DNA of 64,000 bases from an uncultured Coxiellaceae bacterium. GTDB lineage: Bacteria; Pseudomonadota; Gammaproteobacteria; Coxiellales; Coxiellaceae. Under the pieces are notes generated by a model. It was given only the letters and a program-made list of their open reading frames with translations, had not been told where the DNA came from and did not search any database. The position numbers were made by a program, and so were the translations under genes. The first letter of the stretch is position 1; every line of letters starts with the position of its first letter. The stretch is from contig CAMTUH010000010.1 of the NCBI GenBank assembly GCA_947084935.1, forward strand, positions 4,538 through 68,537, given 5' to 3'. Below, in pieces: positions 8,366 to 16,930 of the stretch.

Positions 8366-8399
8366 GTAGCCTTGATGGAGCGCTAGCGAAATCAAGGAA
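8366..8399 (+). repeat. REP-like palindromic unit, copy A (GTAGCCTTGATGGAGC..GCGAAATCAAGGAA)
   Basis: Same termini as the inverted copy at 21362..21416. Forms a CCTTGAT/ATCAAGG hairpin. Embedded in a GC-rich structured intergenic segment (about 8355..8470) upstream of ppsA. Confidence 0.6.
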
Positions 8400-8469
8400 C
8401 TTAATTCCCGGGTTACGCTCCCCGCAAGGCGAGGACAGGCCACGAAGCGTGGCTCCACCCAGGCTACGG

Positions 8470-9063
8470 TTACTTTTTCCGCTTCTGCAGCTCCGACAGG
8501 CTTTGCGCCTTGGCAATGGCGTCTGAGATATCCATGTGCAATTGGCGACTGATCTGAGAGGTCGTGAAAATACCACGCAACATTTGCTTATCGTCGCCGT
8601 TGTCGTCATTGACCACCAAGGCGTAGTGGGTGCGCAAATTTTTCAACGTAACAACAATGTTGCCAACTTTAGCGTGTTCCAAGGTTTTCATATCAAAGGC
8701 GACGATTTTATTCAGGGGCGTCATTAACATTTTTACGAGAATTTGCGAGCGTTCAACGCGTCGTTCTTGAATAATTTTTATGGGCAACTCTCCCAAAATA
8801 TCTTCCGATCCAATAACACCGACCACGTTTCCCGCTTTTTCTTGGACCAACAACAAATGAACGCCGTGTACTTTCATTTCATCGAGGGCGTTATCCATGG
8901 GTTCATTGGGGCCGATGGTGCGCGGGCGTACGTGCGCAAAATCGGACATCACGGCAAACGCCGGATCATCGAGGTGGACGATTTCGAGCAACTTTCGCGA
9001 GCGCAAAAACGCGTTTTCGGGGGATAATTGTACGGTGCGCAGAGATTCGTAACGTGCCATGGC
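8470..9063 (-). CDS. CBS-domain protein
   Basis: Tandem CBS-like segments (MSDFAHVRPRTIGPNEPMDNALDEMKVHGVHLLLV..; LMTPLNKIVAFDMKTLEHAKVGNIVVTLKNLRTHYALVV). The ATG at 9063 (MARYESL..) is preferred over the longer ORF-track start at 9135. Confidence 0.65.
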   Translation of the reverse strand, partial: AMARYESLRTVQLSPENAFLRSRKLLEIVHLDDPAFAVMSDFAHVRPRTIGPNEPMDNALDEMKVHGVHLLLVQEKAGNVVGVIGSEDILGELPIKIIQERRVERSQILVKMLMTPLNKIVAFDMKTLEHAKVGNIVVTLKNLRTHYALVVNDDNGDDKQMLRGIFTTSQISRQLHMDISDAIAKAQSLSELQKRKK

Positions 9064-9172
9064 ACACATTGTCGAATATCTGTGGGTGGAGTGCAAGACG
9101 TAAGTTGTGCTAATATTTAAAAGAGTTTCGCACAAAGTGCGAAACTCCTGGAGATTTTAACGAGGATCCCAC

Positions 9173-9358
9173 ATGACTCAAACCGAAGGGTGTACGAAGC
9201 GACGTTACGTCGTCAGTCAAGAAGACTTGCCCCTGTGTTGCCCCATGCCAAAGTACCGATTGTGGGACGCACATCCGCGCGTGTATTTGCCGATTGAGCA
9301 AGAGGGGCACGTCGTATGCCCTTATTGTGACGCAGAATATGTATTGGAAGAGCGCTAA
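9173..9358 (+). CDS. small zinc-finger protein (zf-CHCC-like)
   Basis: 61 aa with the pattern LCCP....HPRVYL......VVCPYCDAEY, typical of the NDUFS6-like zinc-finger family. Lies 3 nt upstream of waaF. Confidence 0.55.
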   Translation: MTQTEGCTKRRYVVSQEDLPLCCPMPKYRLWDAHPRVYLPIEQEGHVVCPYCDAEYVLEER

Positions 9359-9361
9359 TCG

Positions 9362-10390
9362 ATGGAACGGATATTAATTGTGGGTCCCGCGTGGGTGGGG
9401 GACATGATGATGGCGCAAACGCTGTTTAAACTGATAAAACAGCGTAATCCCAACTCTGTGTTGGACGTGCTCGCTCCTTCCTGGACGAAACCTCTGTTGG
9501 ATCGCATGCCCGAGGTGAATGAATCCCTCGATTTACCGTTTGCACACGGGGAATTGCGCGTGCGTGATCGATATCGATTGGGCCGATTGTTGCGTTCGCG
9601 AGGTTACGATCAAGCTTTTGTGTTGCCGAACTCTTATAAATCCGCGCTTATTCCCTTTTGGGCGAATATTCCTCGGCGAACGGGCTGGGTGGGTGAATTG
9701 CGTTACGGATTACTCAACGATATCCGACATTTAGATGAAGCACGGTTTCCATTAATGATTCAGCGCTTTATGGCATTGGCGCTATTACCGAATGAAAATT
9801 TGCCGGAAGTTTATCCGCGTCCTGAATTAACGCTTTCTGCGGAAAGTGTTGCCAGCACGTTGCAACGATTTCGTTTAATGACATCTGATGAACCGATATT
9901 GGCGCTGTGTCCCGGTGCTGAGTTTGGTTCTTCGAAACGATGGCCCCCAGAATATTTTGCGGAAATTGCTAAAACGAAACTGTCGGAAGGCTGGCGCGTT
10001 TGGTTGCTGGGATCAGCGAAAGATAAAGTGATTACCGATCAAATCGATGCATTGACCGATCACCGTACGCTTAATTTAGCGGGCAACACGTCGCTGACGG
10101 AAGTCATCGATTTATTATCGTTAGCGAATTTCGTCGTGACCAATGATTCGGGATTGATGCACGTTGCTGCGGCGTTAAATCGTCCGACGGTGGTGATGTA
10201 TGGATCGACTTCACCGAAATTTACACCGCCTTTATCAGAACGCGTGCAAATCCTGCGGTTGGATTTGCCGTGCAGCCCTTGTTTTCAGCGTGAATGCCCG
10301 CTCCGACATTTTAATTGTATGATCGAGTTAAAACCGGATTTGGTTTTATCGGCGATGGATGCGATTATTGCTGAACCTATTGTTGCGTAA
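9362..10390 (+). CDS. waaF: ADP-heptose:LPS heptosyltransferase II
   Basis: Near-collinear by eye with E. coli RfaF: ILIVGPAWVGDMMMAQ, RMPEVNE, VLPNSYKSALIPFWANIPRRTGWVGELRYGLLND, NDSGLMHVAAAL. Confidence 0.88.
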   Translation: MERILIVGPAWVGDMMMAQTLFKLIKQRNPNSVLDVLAPSWTKPLLDRMPEVNESLDLPFAHGELRVRDRYRLGRLLRSRGYDQAFVLPNSYKSALIPFWANIPRRTGWVGELRYGLLNDIRHLDEARFPLMIQRFMALALLPNENLPEVYPRPELTLSAESVASTLQRFRLMTSDEPILALCPGAEFGSSKRWPPEYFAEIAKTKLSEGWRVWLLGSAKDKVITDQIDALTDHRTLNLAGNTSLTEVIDLLSLANFVVTNDSGLMHVAAALNRPTVVMYGSTSPKFTPPLSERVQILRLDLPCSPCFQRECPLRHFNCMIELKPDLVLSAMDAIIAEPIVA

Positions 10391-10402
10391 TACATCCATG
10401 TA

Positions 10403-10435
10403 AGGTTGGGCTTCATTTCATTTAGCCCAACCTTG
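10403..10435. repeat. hairpin AAGGTTGGGCT-N11-AGCCCAACCTT (REP-like; possible waaF terminator)
   Basis: 11-bp perfect stem directly after the waaF stop. No T-run follows. The AGGTTGGGC core recurs at 19984 and in the palindrome at 60599..60665. Confidence 0.5.
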
Positions 10436-10504
10436 CTCAGTTACGCACACGGGTACACTACTGAGAAAAAAAGAGTTAGCATCTCGTTAAACTAAAGGAG
10501 ATGC

Positions 10505-11344
10505 ATGATGAGTCAAAATTTAACACCCAAAAACCATATTGTTGTATTCAACAGCAACAAAATTAGGCGTGTATTTCATGGGAACATGTGGTGGTTTGTT
10601 ATTACCGATGTCATTGCAGCATTAACCGATTCTACTCAACCCACCGGATATCTTAAGGATATGCGCCGCCGAGACCCAGAGCTAAACAAAGGATGGGGGC
10701 AAATTGCCACCCCCCTTTTGGTAGAAACTGCTGGTGGCCCTCAGAAGCTTAATTGCGCAAATACAGAAGGGATTTTTCGCATTATTCAATCTATTCCGTC
10801 TCCAAAGGCAGAGCCTTTTAAGCGCTGGTTAGCCAAAATTGGTTACGAACGAGTGCAAGAAATAGAGGACCCAGAGTTGGCTTCCCAGCGTGCTCGCGAT
10901 CTTTATAAAGCTAAAGGTTACACCAAGAGTTGGATTGAAAAGAGAATGCGCGGAATTCAGATTCGCGAAGAATTAACAAATGAATGGAAACACCGTGCTG
11001 TCGGTGGTGAGAATGAATACGCCATTTTAACCGCAGAAATCTCTAAAGCTACCTTTGGTCTCACTCCTGCCGAGTATAAAAAACATAAGGGACTCAAGCG
11101 TGAAAATTTACGAGATCATATGACGGATTTAGAGTTGATTTTTTCTATGTTGGGGGAGGCTTCTACGACCGAAATTACTCGTGAAAACGAAGCCATAGGA
11201 TTCAAAGAAAATCGTACAGCCGCTCGTGCAGGCGGTGAGGTAGCCGGTAACGCTCGCAAAGATTTAGAATCCAAAACCCGTAAAAAAGTGGTGGGCAAGA
11301 AAAATTATTTGGCGAAGAAAAATAAATTAATTTCGAGAAATTAA
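10505..11344 (+). CDS. Bro-N domain protein (DinD / phage antirepressor-like)
   Basis: N-terminal Bro-N pattern (VVFNSNKIRRVFHGNMWWFVITDVIAALT..). KAEPFKRWLAKIGYERVQEIEDPE resembles DinD-type proteins. Strong SD (AAGGAG). Confidence 0.65.
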   Translation: MMSQNLTPKNHIVVFNSNKIRRVFHGNMWWFVITDVIAALTDSTQPTGYLKDMRRRDPELNKGWGQIATPLLVETAGGPQKLNCANTEGIFRIIQSIPSPKAEPFKRWLAKIGYERVQEIEDPELASQRARDLYKAKGYTKSWIEKRMRGIQIREELTNEWKHRAVGGENEYAILTAEISKATFGLTPAEYKKHKGLKRENLRDHMTDLELIFSMLGEASTTEITRENEAIGFKENRTAARAGGEVAGNARKDLESKTRKKVVGKKNYLAKKNKLISRN

Positions 11345-11465
11345 AACAGAATAATTCTTAACCGCTTGATTTTTGTGCTCGTTGGTGCTACAAAAGAAGC
11401 GTGACGGAGGAGTGCACTAACACCCCTCCGCCACTAACCACAATTAACTGACATAGGAGTTAATC

Positions 11466-11720
11466 ATGGCTGACGATAGTCTAAATGATGATGCTGGCGA
11501 TCGCCAGCACGACAAAAAAGTTACGTATTCCCTCACTTTTAAACGCGACCAGTGGTTTGCCTTTTGGCAATTGCTGACCGTGGGCTGCATGATGTCGGAT
11601 TATTTACTGGAAAACCCCGTTTTTGCAGCAATTGCAAGGCGGTGGAACCGGTTATCCGATCAATTGGCGCACGCCCTCGACAGCGGGGAAGTGAGCTACG
11701 AAAAAGTAACGACTTCTTAG
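11466..11720 (+). CDS. hypothetical protein, 84 aa
   Basis: ATG preceded by AGGAG. No recognised domain. An imperfect hairpin follows the stop. Confidence 0.45.
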   Translation: MADDSLNDDAGDRQHDKKVTYSLTFKRDQWFAFWQLLTVGCMMSDYLLENPVFAAIARRWNRLSDQLAHALDSGEVSYEKVTTS

Positions 11721-11796
11721 CCCGTGGTGGACCACTCGCGGATTGAGTGCCACCACACGGTTGTGCGCGCATTCGGTTCGCGAGGGTTTTGAATTG

Positions 11797-12258
11797 TTAC
11801 CAACGATGGTAAGCCGGATGTCCCGATGGCACAGCAACAAATTTACCTAAGCAGGTATCACAGAGTTTTTCATCGGCAAACAGTTTTCCCGAAATGATCG
11901 CTGCATTGCCGTTAATTTCTTCACACACCGCTTCTAAAGTCAGTGGCGTGTTCATGGGCGTTGGTCGTAATAATTTAATGGTGTATTCTGCCGTGACGGT
12001 GCACGGTGGGTGATCCAATTTTTGGTCTTGCATCAAATACCAGCAAGCCGCCCAATTGCAGTGGCAATCCAATAAGGTGCCGATGATTCCTCCATTTAAC
12101 ACGTTGGGAAATGCGTGGTGGTGGGGTTTTGGCCGATAGTGAGCGATCACGCGGTCGCCTTCTGCGTAACTTTCTAATTGCAGACCCTGTGCGTTTGCTG
12201 GGCCACACCCATAACAAATGCTTTGTTTAGCGTATTTGTGCTGTAAAGATTTTTTCAT
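11797..12258 (-). CDS. hotdog-fold (PaaI-type) thioesterase
   Basis: N-terminal CYGCGPANAQGLQL motif and the central NGGIIGTLLD segment typical of 4HBT/PaaI thioesterases. The ATG at 12258 (MKKSLQ..) is preferred over the ORF-track start at 12312. Confidence 0.55.
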   Translation of the reverse strand: MKKSLQHKYAKQSICYGCGPANAQGLQLESYAEGDRVIAHYRPKPHHHAFPNVLNGGIIGTLLDCHCNWAACWYLMQDQKLDHPPCTVTAEYTIKLLRPTPMNTPLTLEAVCEEINGNAAIISGKLFADEKLCDTCLGKFVAVPSGHPAYHRW

Positions 12259-13480
12259 ATTTAGGAAGTCGCAGAGGCAAGGTTGAAAATCCGAGTCCGG
12301 AAAATAAGGCAAACAGATGTAATTCGGTTGTGTCGCTCAGCCACGCATTGGCCAGGCATCCTAATACCATCCCAATGAGTAAAATTCGTGTGAGATAACG
12401 CCACTCGTCGTCTAAGTAAAGGCTGTTTTTCCACTGAAAAAGAAGCAATAAAATAATATACGCGATTCCGACGAGCCCTAATTCGACACCCACGTTAATA
12501 AAGCTGTTGTACGCGGTTCTTAAGATGTCGGTCGGTTGTGTTATTTCTCGTGGGAGGTTGGCATAAGCGGCAGAGAAACTTCCCGTACCATGACCCAAAA
12601 TGGGTTTTTGCTTAATCAGCTGAAATGCGTTTTTAATGGATTGAATGCGAATACCCATGGAAGTGAGTGCGTGGCTTTGTTGGTATTTTTGGGTTTCATT
12701 GATCGTGCTGATCATACGGTGCTTAAATTCGGTCGAGAAAGAAAAAGCCAACGTGCTGAGAGCCACCAGCGCAATGAATGCACCGAGAATGCCCCGCCAT
12801 CCGAAGTAAAGGCCCGAGGTATACAGAAGCAAAGCGGCGAAGATAACGTAACCGGATCGGCCATCACTAACGAACAATACGTTGTACACCATCAATAAAA
12901 TGAGTATGCCGTAAAACCAACGAAGTCGACGGGCATTCAGCCATCGATACATCAGAATAAAGGAAGCATAAGCCATGAGAAAATTTTGAATGATGTGGTC
13001 TTTAAACACGCTTCCCTGATCAAAACGCGTGTGGAATAAATCGTGTTTGAAATAATATTTCACGTAGGACAGGACGAGAGTAATCATCATCGCCAACAAA
13101 AATGCATCAATGGCATAACGCCGCCATCTTTGCCAGTGTTCACCGTGCAAAGAGATCATCAAGAAAGCTGCCGCTAGAAAGCAGCTCGTCCTGAAGAGGC
13201 CGCGCCACAGCTCGTGAGCGGGGGCAATTGAATAAGTCACCCCGATGAGGGACAACACAAAGAAGCCGATAAAAAGGAGCGCCACGGGATGCGCAATGAG
13301 GCGTCGCCACAGGGGCGCTTCTTTCACAGGGACAAAAAGGCTAAGCAGGGCGACCACGGGAAAAAGGGTGTCTGTCGCGCTAGTTGAGAGGGGTAGGGCA
13401 AAAGCGCAGACGACGAGCAGGCTCCCTACAACCCATTGAAAAATTCTCGGCAGCCACCAAGGATTTAGCGCATCGTGCAT
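12227..13480 (-). CDS. O-antigen ligase family membrane protein (WaaL-like)
   Basis: 417 aa with about 10-12 TM helices and a periplasmic loop (..HGTGSFSAAY..) in the Wzy_C position. Lies within the LPS core cluster. Confidence 0.6.
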   Translation of the reverse strand: MHDALNPWWLPRIFQWVVGSLLVVCAFALPLSTSATDTLFPVVALLSLFVPVKEAPLWRRLIAHPVALLFIGFFVLSLIGVTYSIAPAHELWRGLFRTSCFLAAAFLMISLHGEHWQRWRRYAIDAFLLAMMITLVLSYVKYYFKHDLFHTRFDQGSVFKDHIIQNFLMAYASFILMYRWLNARRLRWFYGILILLMVYNVLFVSDGRSGYVIFAALLLYTSGLYFGWRGILGAFIALVALSTLAFSFSTEFKHRMISTINETQKYQQSHALTSMGIRIQSIKNAFQLIKQKPILGHGTGSFSAAYANLPREITQPTDILRTAYNSFINVGVELGLVGIAYIILLLLFQWKNSLYLDDEWRYLTRILLIGMVLGCLANAWLSDTTELHLFALFSGLGFSTLPLRLPKYEKIFTAQIR

Positions 13481-13516
13481 GATTTTCTGTCTGAATCACA
13501 TTAGAATAAGCGACCA

Positions 13517-14644
13517 GTGTATCATGATGAATTTGAGATTTACACGATGGAATTACACCTTCTCGAGCCCACGTTAGCGGATCAAACGGGTCACTGCCAT
13601 GGTTACGTTCAGAGCCTGATTGAAGCCAATCGAGCCCAAGACCTCGCACTGCACGTGTGGTTGGATCGGCGCGGACGTCATTTGTATTCGGGATTGCCTA
13701 TACACAGCCACGGGTATTTTTCTCGGCGTTTGCGGCAGTGGCAAAAATTATGGTGCCTGCGATCGCTGATCAAATCACAACAGAATATTTTTATCCCGAC
13801 GGCGGGCCGAACGGATTTAGTTTATTTAAATTGGCTGCTTAAAGGAAAAAAATATTCAGGAAAAATATTTTTGCATTTTCATCAATTTAAAGCGACGTCA
13901 AAAAAAATGGCGCTATTAAAACGAATAGCCGCTGCTCATCCTCAATTCATTATTATGACGCCTACCGAAGGGTTGTCGGTAATTTTTAAAGAGAGTGGAT
14001 TCCTAAATTGTGAATGGGTGCCGTGCCCGGGTTACGCCCCGCGCTCTCATCCCGACAATAAAAATCCTCAATTTGGAAAAATTATTTTCGCGGGAGCCGC
14101 GCGTTCCGATAAAGGATTTCCCGAAGTAGTGCGTTTTGTGGAATACATGACGCAACGCTTGCCATCAGTTCGTTTTGAAATACAAATATCGCCGCCGCAT
14201 TCAGGACGATACGACAAAGCCAGTGAAAGCGCTTTGTCGCGATTAAAAAACGTAACTCACCCCAACTTAGTTTTGCACGAGAGAACTCTGGGCCGGGGTG
14301 CTTATCAGGCCTTGTTTACTAACGCTATTTGCTTATTGACCTACGATCCCGACAGCTATCGGCACAAGTTCAGCGGAGTTGCACTCGATGCTTTTTATGC
14401 AGGGTGTCCGGTTATTTCCGTGGTGAACACCTGGACCGGAGAGACGACGAAGCGTTTCGAGGCAGGAATTGCCCTCACCCATCGATCTCCAGAAAATATG
14501 TTCATCGCCCTGCAAACCATTCGTAAAAATTACGCCCACTATCAAAAAAATGCAAAACACGCCAGTACGATTTTGCAACAAGAACACAGTCCGCAGAATA
14601 CCCTGCGCACGATAAAAAAATATCTGGATCAGACGAATGAGTAA
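13517..14644 (+). CDS. putative glycosyltransferase (GT-B fold)
   Basis: Location in the LPS cluster and a C-terminal GT1-like region (FAGAARSDKGFPEVV...YDPDSYRHKFSGVALDAFYAGCPVI). Start uncertain (GTG at 13517 or ATG at 13547). Overlaps the next gene by 8 nt. Confidence 0.5.
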   Translation: MYHDEFEIYTMELHLLEPTLADQTGHCHGYVQSLIEANRAQDLALHVWLDRRGRHLYSGLPIHSHGYFSRRLRQWQKLWCLRSLIKSQQNIFIPTAGRTDLVYLNWLLKGKKYSGKIFLHFHQFKATSKKMALLKRIAAAHPQFIIMTPTEGLSVIFKESGFLNCEWVPCPGYAPRSHPDNKNPQFGKIIFAGAARSDKGFPEVVRFVEYMTQRLPSVRFEIQISPPHSGRYDKASESALSRLKNVTHPNLVLHERTLGRGAYQALFTNAICLLTYDPDSYRHKFSGVALDAFYAGCPVISVVNTWTGETTKRFEAGIALTHRSPENMFIALQTIRKNYAHYQKNAKHASTILQQEHSPQNTLRTIKKYLDQTNE

Positions 14645-15452
14645 AATATCGGTTTACATTATCGCCTTTAATCAAGCCGATAAAATAGAGTCGGCGATTA
14701 ATAGCGTGTTGTGGGCAGACGAAGTGGTGGTGGTGGATTCGCGCAGTACCGATGGCACATCGGAGTTGGCTGAAAAATTAGGTGCGCGTGTAGTGCACGT
14801 TCCTTTTTGCGGGTTTGGTGAGTTGCGAAATCGGGCGATTGAAGTGTGTCGGTACGAGTGGATTTTCAGTTTGGATTCGGACGAGCGCTGCACACCCGAA
14901 GTACGGGATGAAATTTTATCGATCGTTCATTCGAAAGATGCGCTCGACGTTTATTTAATTCCGCGGAAAAATTATTTTATGGGCCGTTGGATCAAACATT
15001 CAGGTTGGTTTCCTGATTATCGGCAACCTCAGTTATTTCGAAAAGGTTGCTTGTCTTACGCGCCCGACATTGTTCACGAAAATTATAATTGTCACAGCAA
15101 CAAGCCAACGGGTTACTTAATTAATATGATTTGGCAGGTTCCCTTTCAGAATTTATCGGAAATGATGGGTAAAGCGAATCGGTATTCCAGCTTGGGTGTG
15201 GGGCGACTGGAAAAAAAATACAAAACGGCTTCCATGGGAAGGGCGGTGATACACACGCTGTGGACGTTTTTTAAAGTGTACGTATTAAGACGAGGTTTTT
15301 TGGATGGATGGCCGGGATTCGTGATTGCCGTGGGACACAGTTACGGTGCTTTTTACCGATACGCTAAATTTTACGAGAAAGAAAAACAATGGCCGAATCT
15401 ACCGGCGTTTACTATTTATAAAGACCGTGTGGAAGAAAAGGAAATTCGATGA
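14637..15452 (+). CDS. family 2 glycosyltransferase
   Basis: ISVYIIAFNQADKIESAINSV..ADEVVVVDSRSTDGT...FSLDSDE (DxD) is a typical GT2 LPS core transferase pattern. Confidence 0.8.
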   Translation: MSKISVYIIAFNQADKIESAINSVLWADEVVVVDSRSTDGTSELAEKLGARVVHVPFCGFGELRNRAIEVCRYEWIFSLDSDERCTPEVRDEILSIVHSKDALDVYLIPRKNYFMGRWIKHSGWFPDYRQPQLFRKGCLSYAPDIVHENYNCHSNKPTGYLINMIWQVPFQNLSEMMGKANRYSSLGVGRLEKKYKTASMGRAVIHTLWTFFKVYVLRRGFLDGWPGFVIAVGHSYGAFYRYAKFYEKEKQWPNLPAFTIYKDRVEEKEIR

Positions 15453-16909
15453 ATAAACTTATTATTCCCGTTATTTTGGCCGGTGGAAGCGGAAGCCGGT
15501 TGTGGCCGCTCTCGCGCTCGGCTTATCCGAAACAGTTTTTATCGTTGATTCATGATCACGAAACGTTACTGCAATCCACATTATTGAGACTGTCGAAAAT
15601 GTCGGACGTTCAATCGCCCGTGGTTGTTTGCCATGAAGATCATCGTTTTATTGTGGCGGAACAGATGCGTGAACTGGGGATCAACGCGCGTGCGATTATT
15701 TTGGAACCGGCTGCAAAAAATACGGCACCCGCGATTGCGCTGGCTGCGAATTTTATTCACGCAGAAACTCCCGATGCGATTCTGTGGGTGATGCCGGCGG
15801 ATCACGTGATTCACGATCCTCAAGCACTGTTCGACGCATTGAAAGCTGCTGAAAGCGCGATCGAAGAAGAGAAATTAATTGCGTTTGGAATTCACGCGCA
15901 GTATCCGGAAACCGCATACGGTTATATCAAAGTGAAGGAACGAACACGAGACGGTGTTTATCCTATTGATCGATTCGTTGAAAAACCCGATTTTTCTACG
16001 GCAGAATCGTATGTCCGCACGGGACAATATTACTGGAATTGTGGTATTTTTGCATTTCGTGCTGAAACGTATTTACGCGAACTTGATCGTTTCTCTCCTG
16101 AGATGGCGAGCGCGTGTGAAAAAGCTGTAAAAACCGCGCAAAACGACGGAGATTTTGTTCGTCCTTCGAGGCCGTTGTTGGCGGCATGTCCCAGCAATTC
16201 GATTGATTACGCGGTGATGGAAAAAACGGATCGCAGTATCATGACGCTCTTGCAGTCTTCGTGGAACGACGTCGGTTCTTGGGATGCGCTCATGCGTGAA
16301 CACCAACGAGATGAATGGGGAAATGTAAAATTGGGCGACGTCATTACTCAAGGGGTGAATAATTCTTATCTCCGTTCCGATCATAAAATGTTAGCCGTTT
16401 CTGGCGTGAGTGATCACGTTGTCGTCGTCACCGACGATGCCGTATTGGTGGCGCACAAAGATCATTGTCAAAATATTAAGAATTTGGTCAATGTGTTAAA
16501 AACCGATAATCGTGAAGAAGCAGAATTACATTTAACCGTGCATCGTCCGTGGGGTTCTTACCACACTATTTCCGACGGGCCACATTTTAAAGTGAAAAAA
16601 ATTGTCGTCAAGCCGAAGCATCGCTTGTCGTTGCAGCGCCACCAACAACGCTCGGAACATTGGGTGATTATTTCGGGTGAGGCTAATATCATTAATGGAG
16701 AGCGATCGGTGACGCTTCGTGCGAATGAATCCGCGTTTATTCCGGCGAATACTCTGCATCGGTTATCGAATGAGACGGATGAGCCGCTGGAGTTGATAGA
16801 AGTTCAGGTGGGAACGTATTTGGGTGAGGATGATATTGAGCGCTTTGAGGACGTGTATGGGCGAGCTGGAAATTTCGCGCCCGACATGGTTACTGCTGAT
16901 GAAGTATAA
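15449..16909 (+). CDS. manC: mannose-1-phosphate guanylyltransferase / mannose-6-phosphate isomerase
   Basis: N-terminal PVILAGGSGSRLWPLSR. C-terminal cupin RPWGSY......KVKKIVVKPKHRLSLQRHQQRSEHWVIISG. 486 aa. Confidence 0.9.
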   Translation: MNKLIIPVILAGGSGSRLWPLSRSAYPKQFLSLIHDHETLLQSTLLRLSKMSDVQSPVVVCHEDHRFIVAEQMRELGINARAIILEPAAKNTAPAIALAANFIHAETPDAILWVMPADHVIHDPQALFDALKAAESAIEEEKLIAFGIHAQYPETAYGYIKVKERTRDGVYPIDRFVEKPDFSTAESYVRTGQYYWNCGIFAFRAETYLRELDRFSPEMASACEKAVKTAQNDGDFVRPSRPLLAACPSNSIDYAVMEKTDRSIMTLLQSSWNDVGSWDALMREHQRDEWGNVKLGDVITQGVNNSYLRSDHKMLAVSGVSDHVVVVTDDAVLVAHKDHCQNIKNLVNVLKTDNREEAELHLTVHRPWGSYHTISDGPHFKVKKIVVKPKHRLSLQRHQQRSEHWVIISGEANIINGERSVTLRANESAFIPANTLHRLSNETDEPLELIEVQVGTYLGEDDIERFEDVYGRAGNFAPDMVTADEV

Positions 16910-16930
16910 TGTCGACGACAAAGGTGAAAA

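Noticed and set aside
8293-8609. ORFs 8293..8526 (plus) and 8358..8609 (minus)
   Set aside because: They sit on the REP-like GC-rich intergenic segment and on the 3' end of the CBS-domain gene. They have no RBS, and the arginine- and proline-rich translations are characteristic of repeat read-through.
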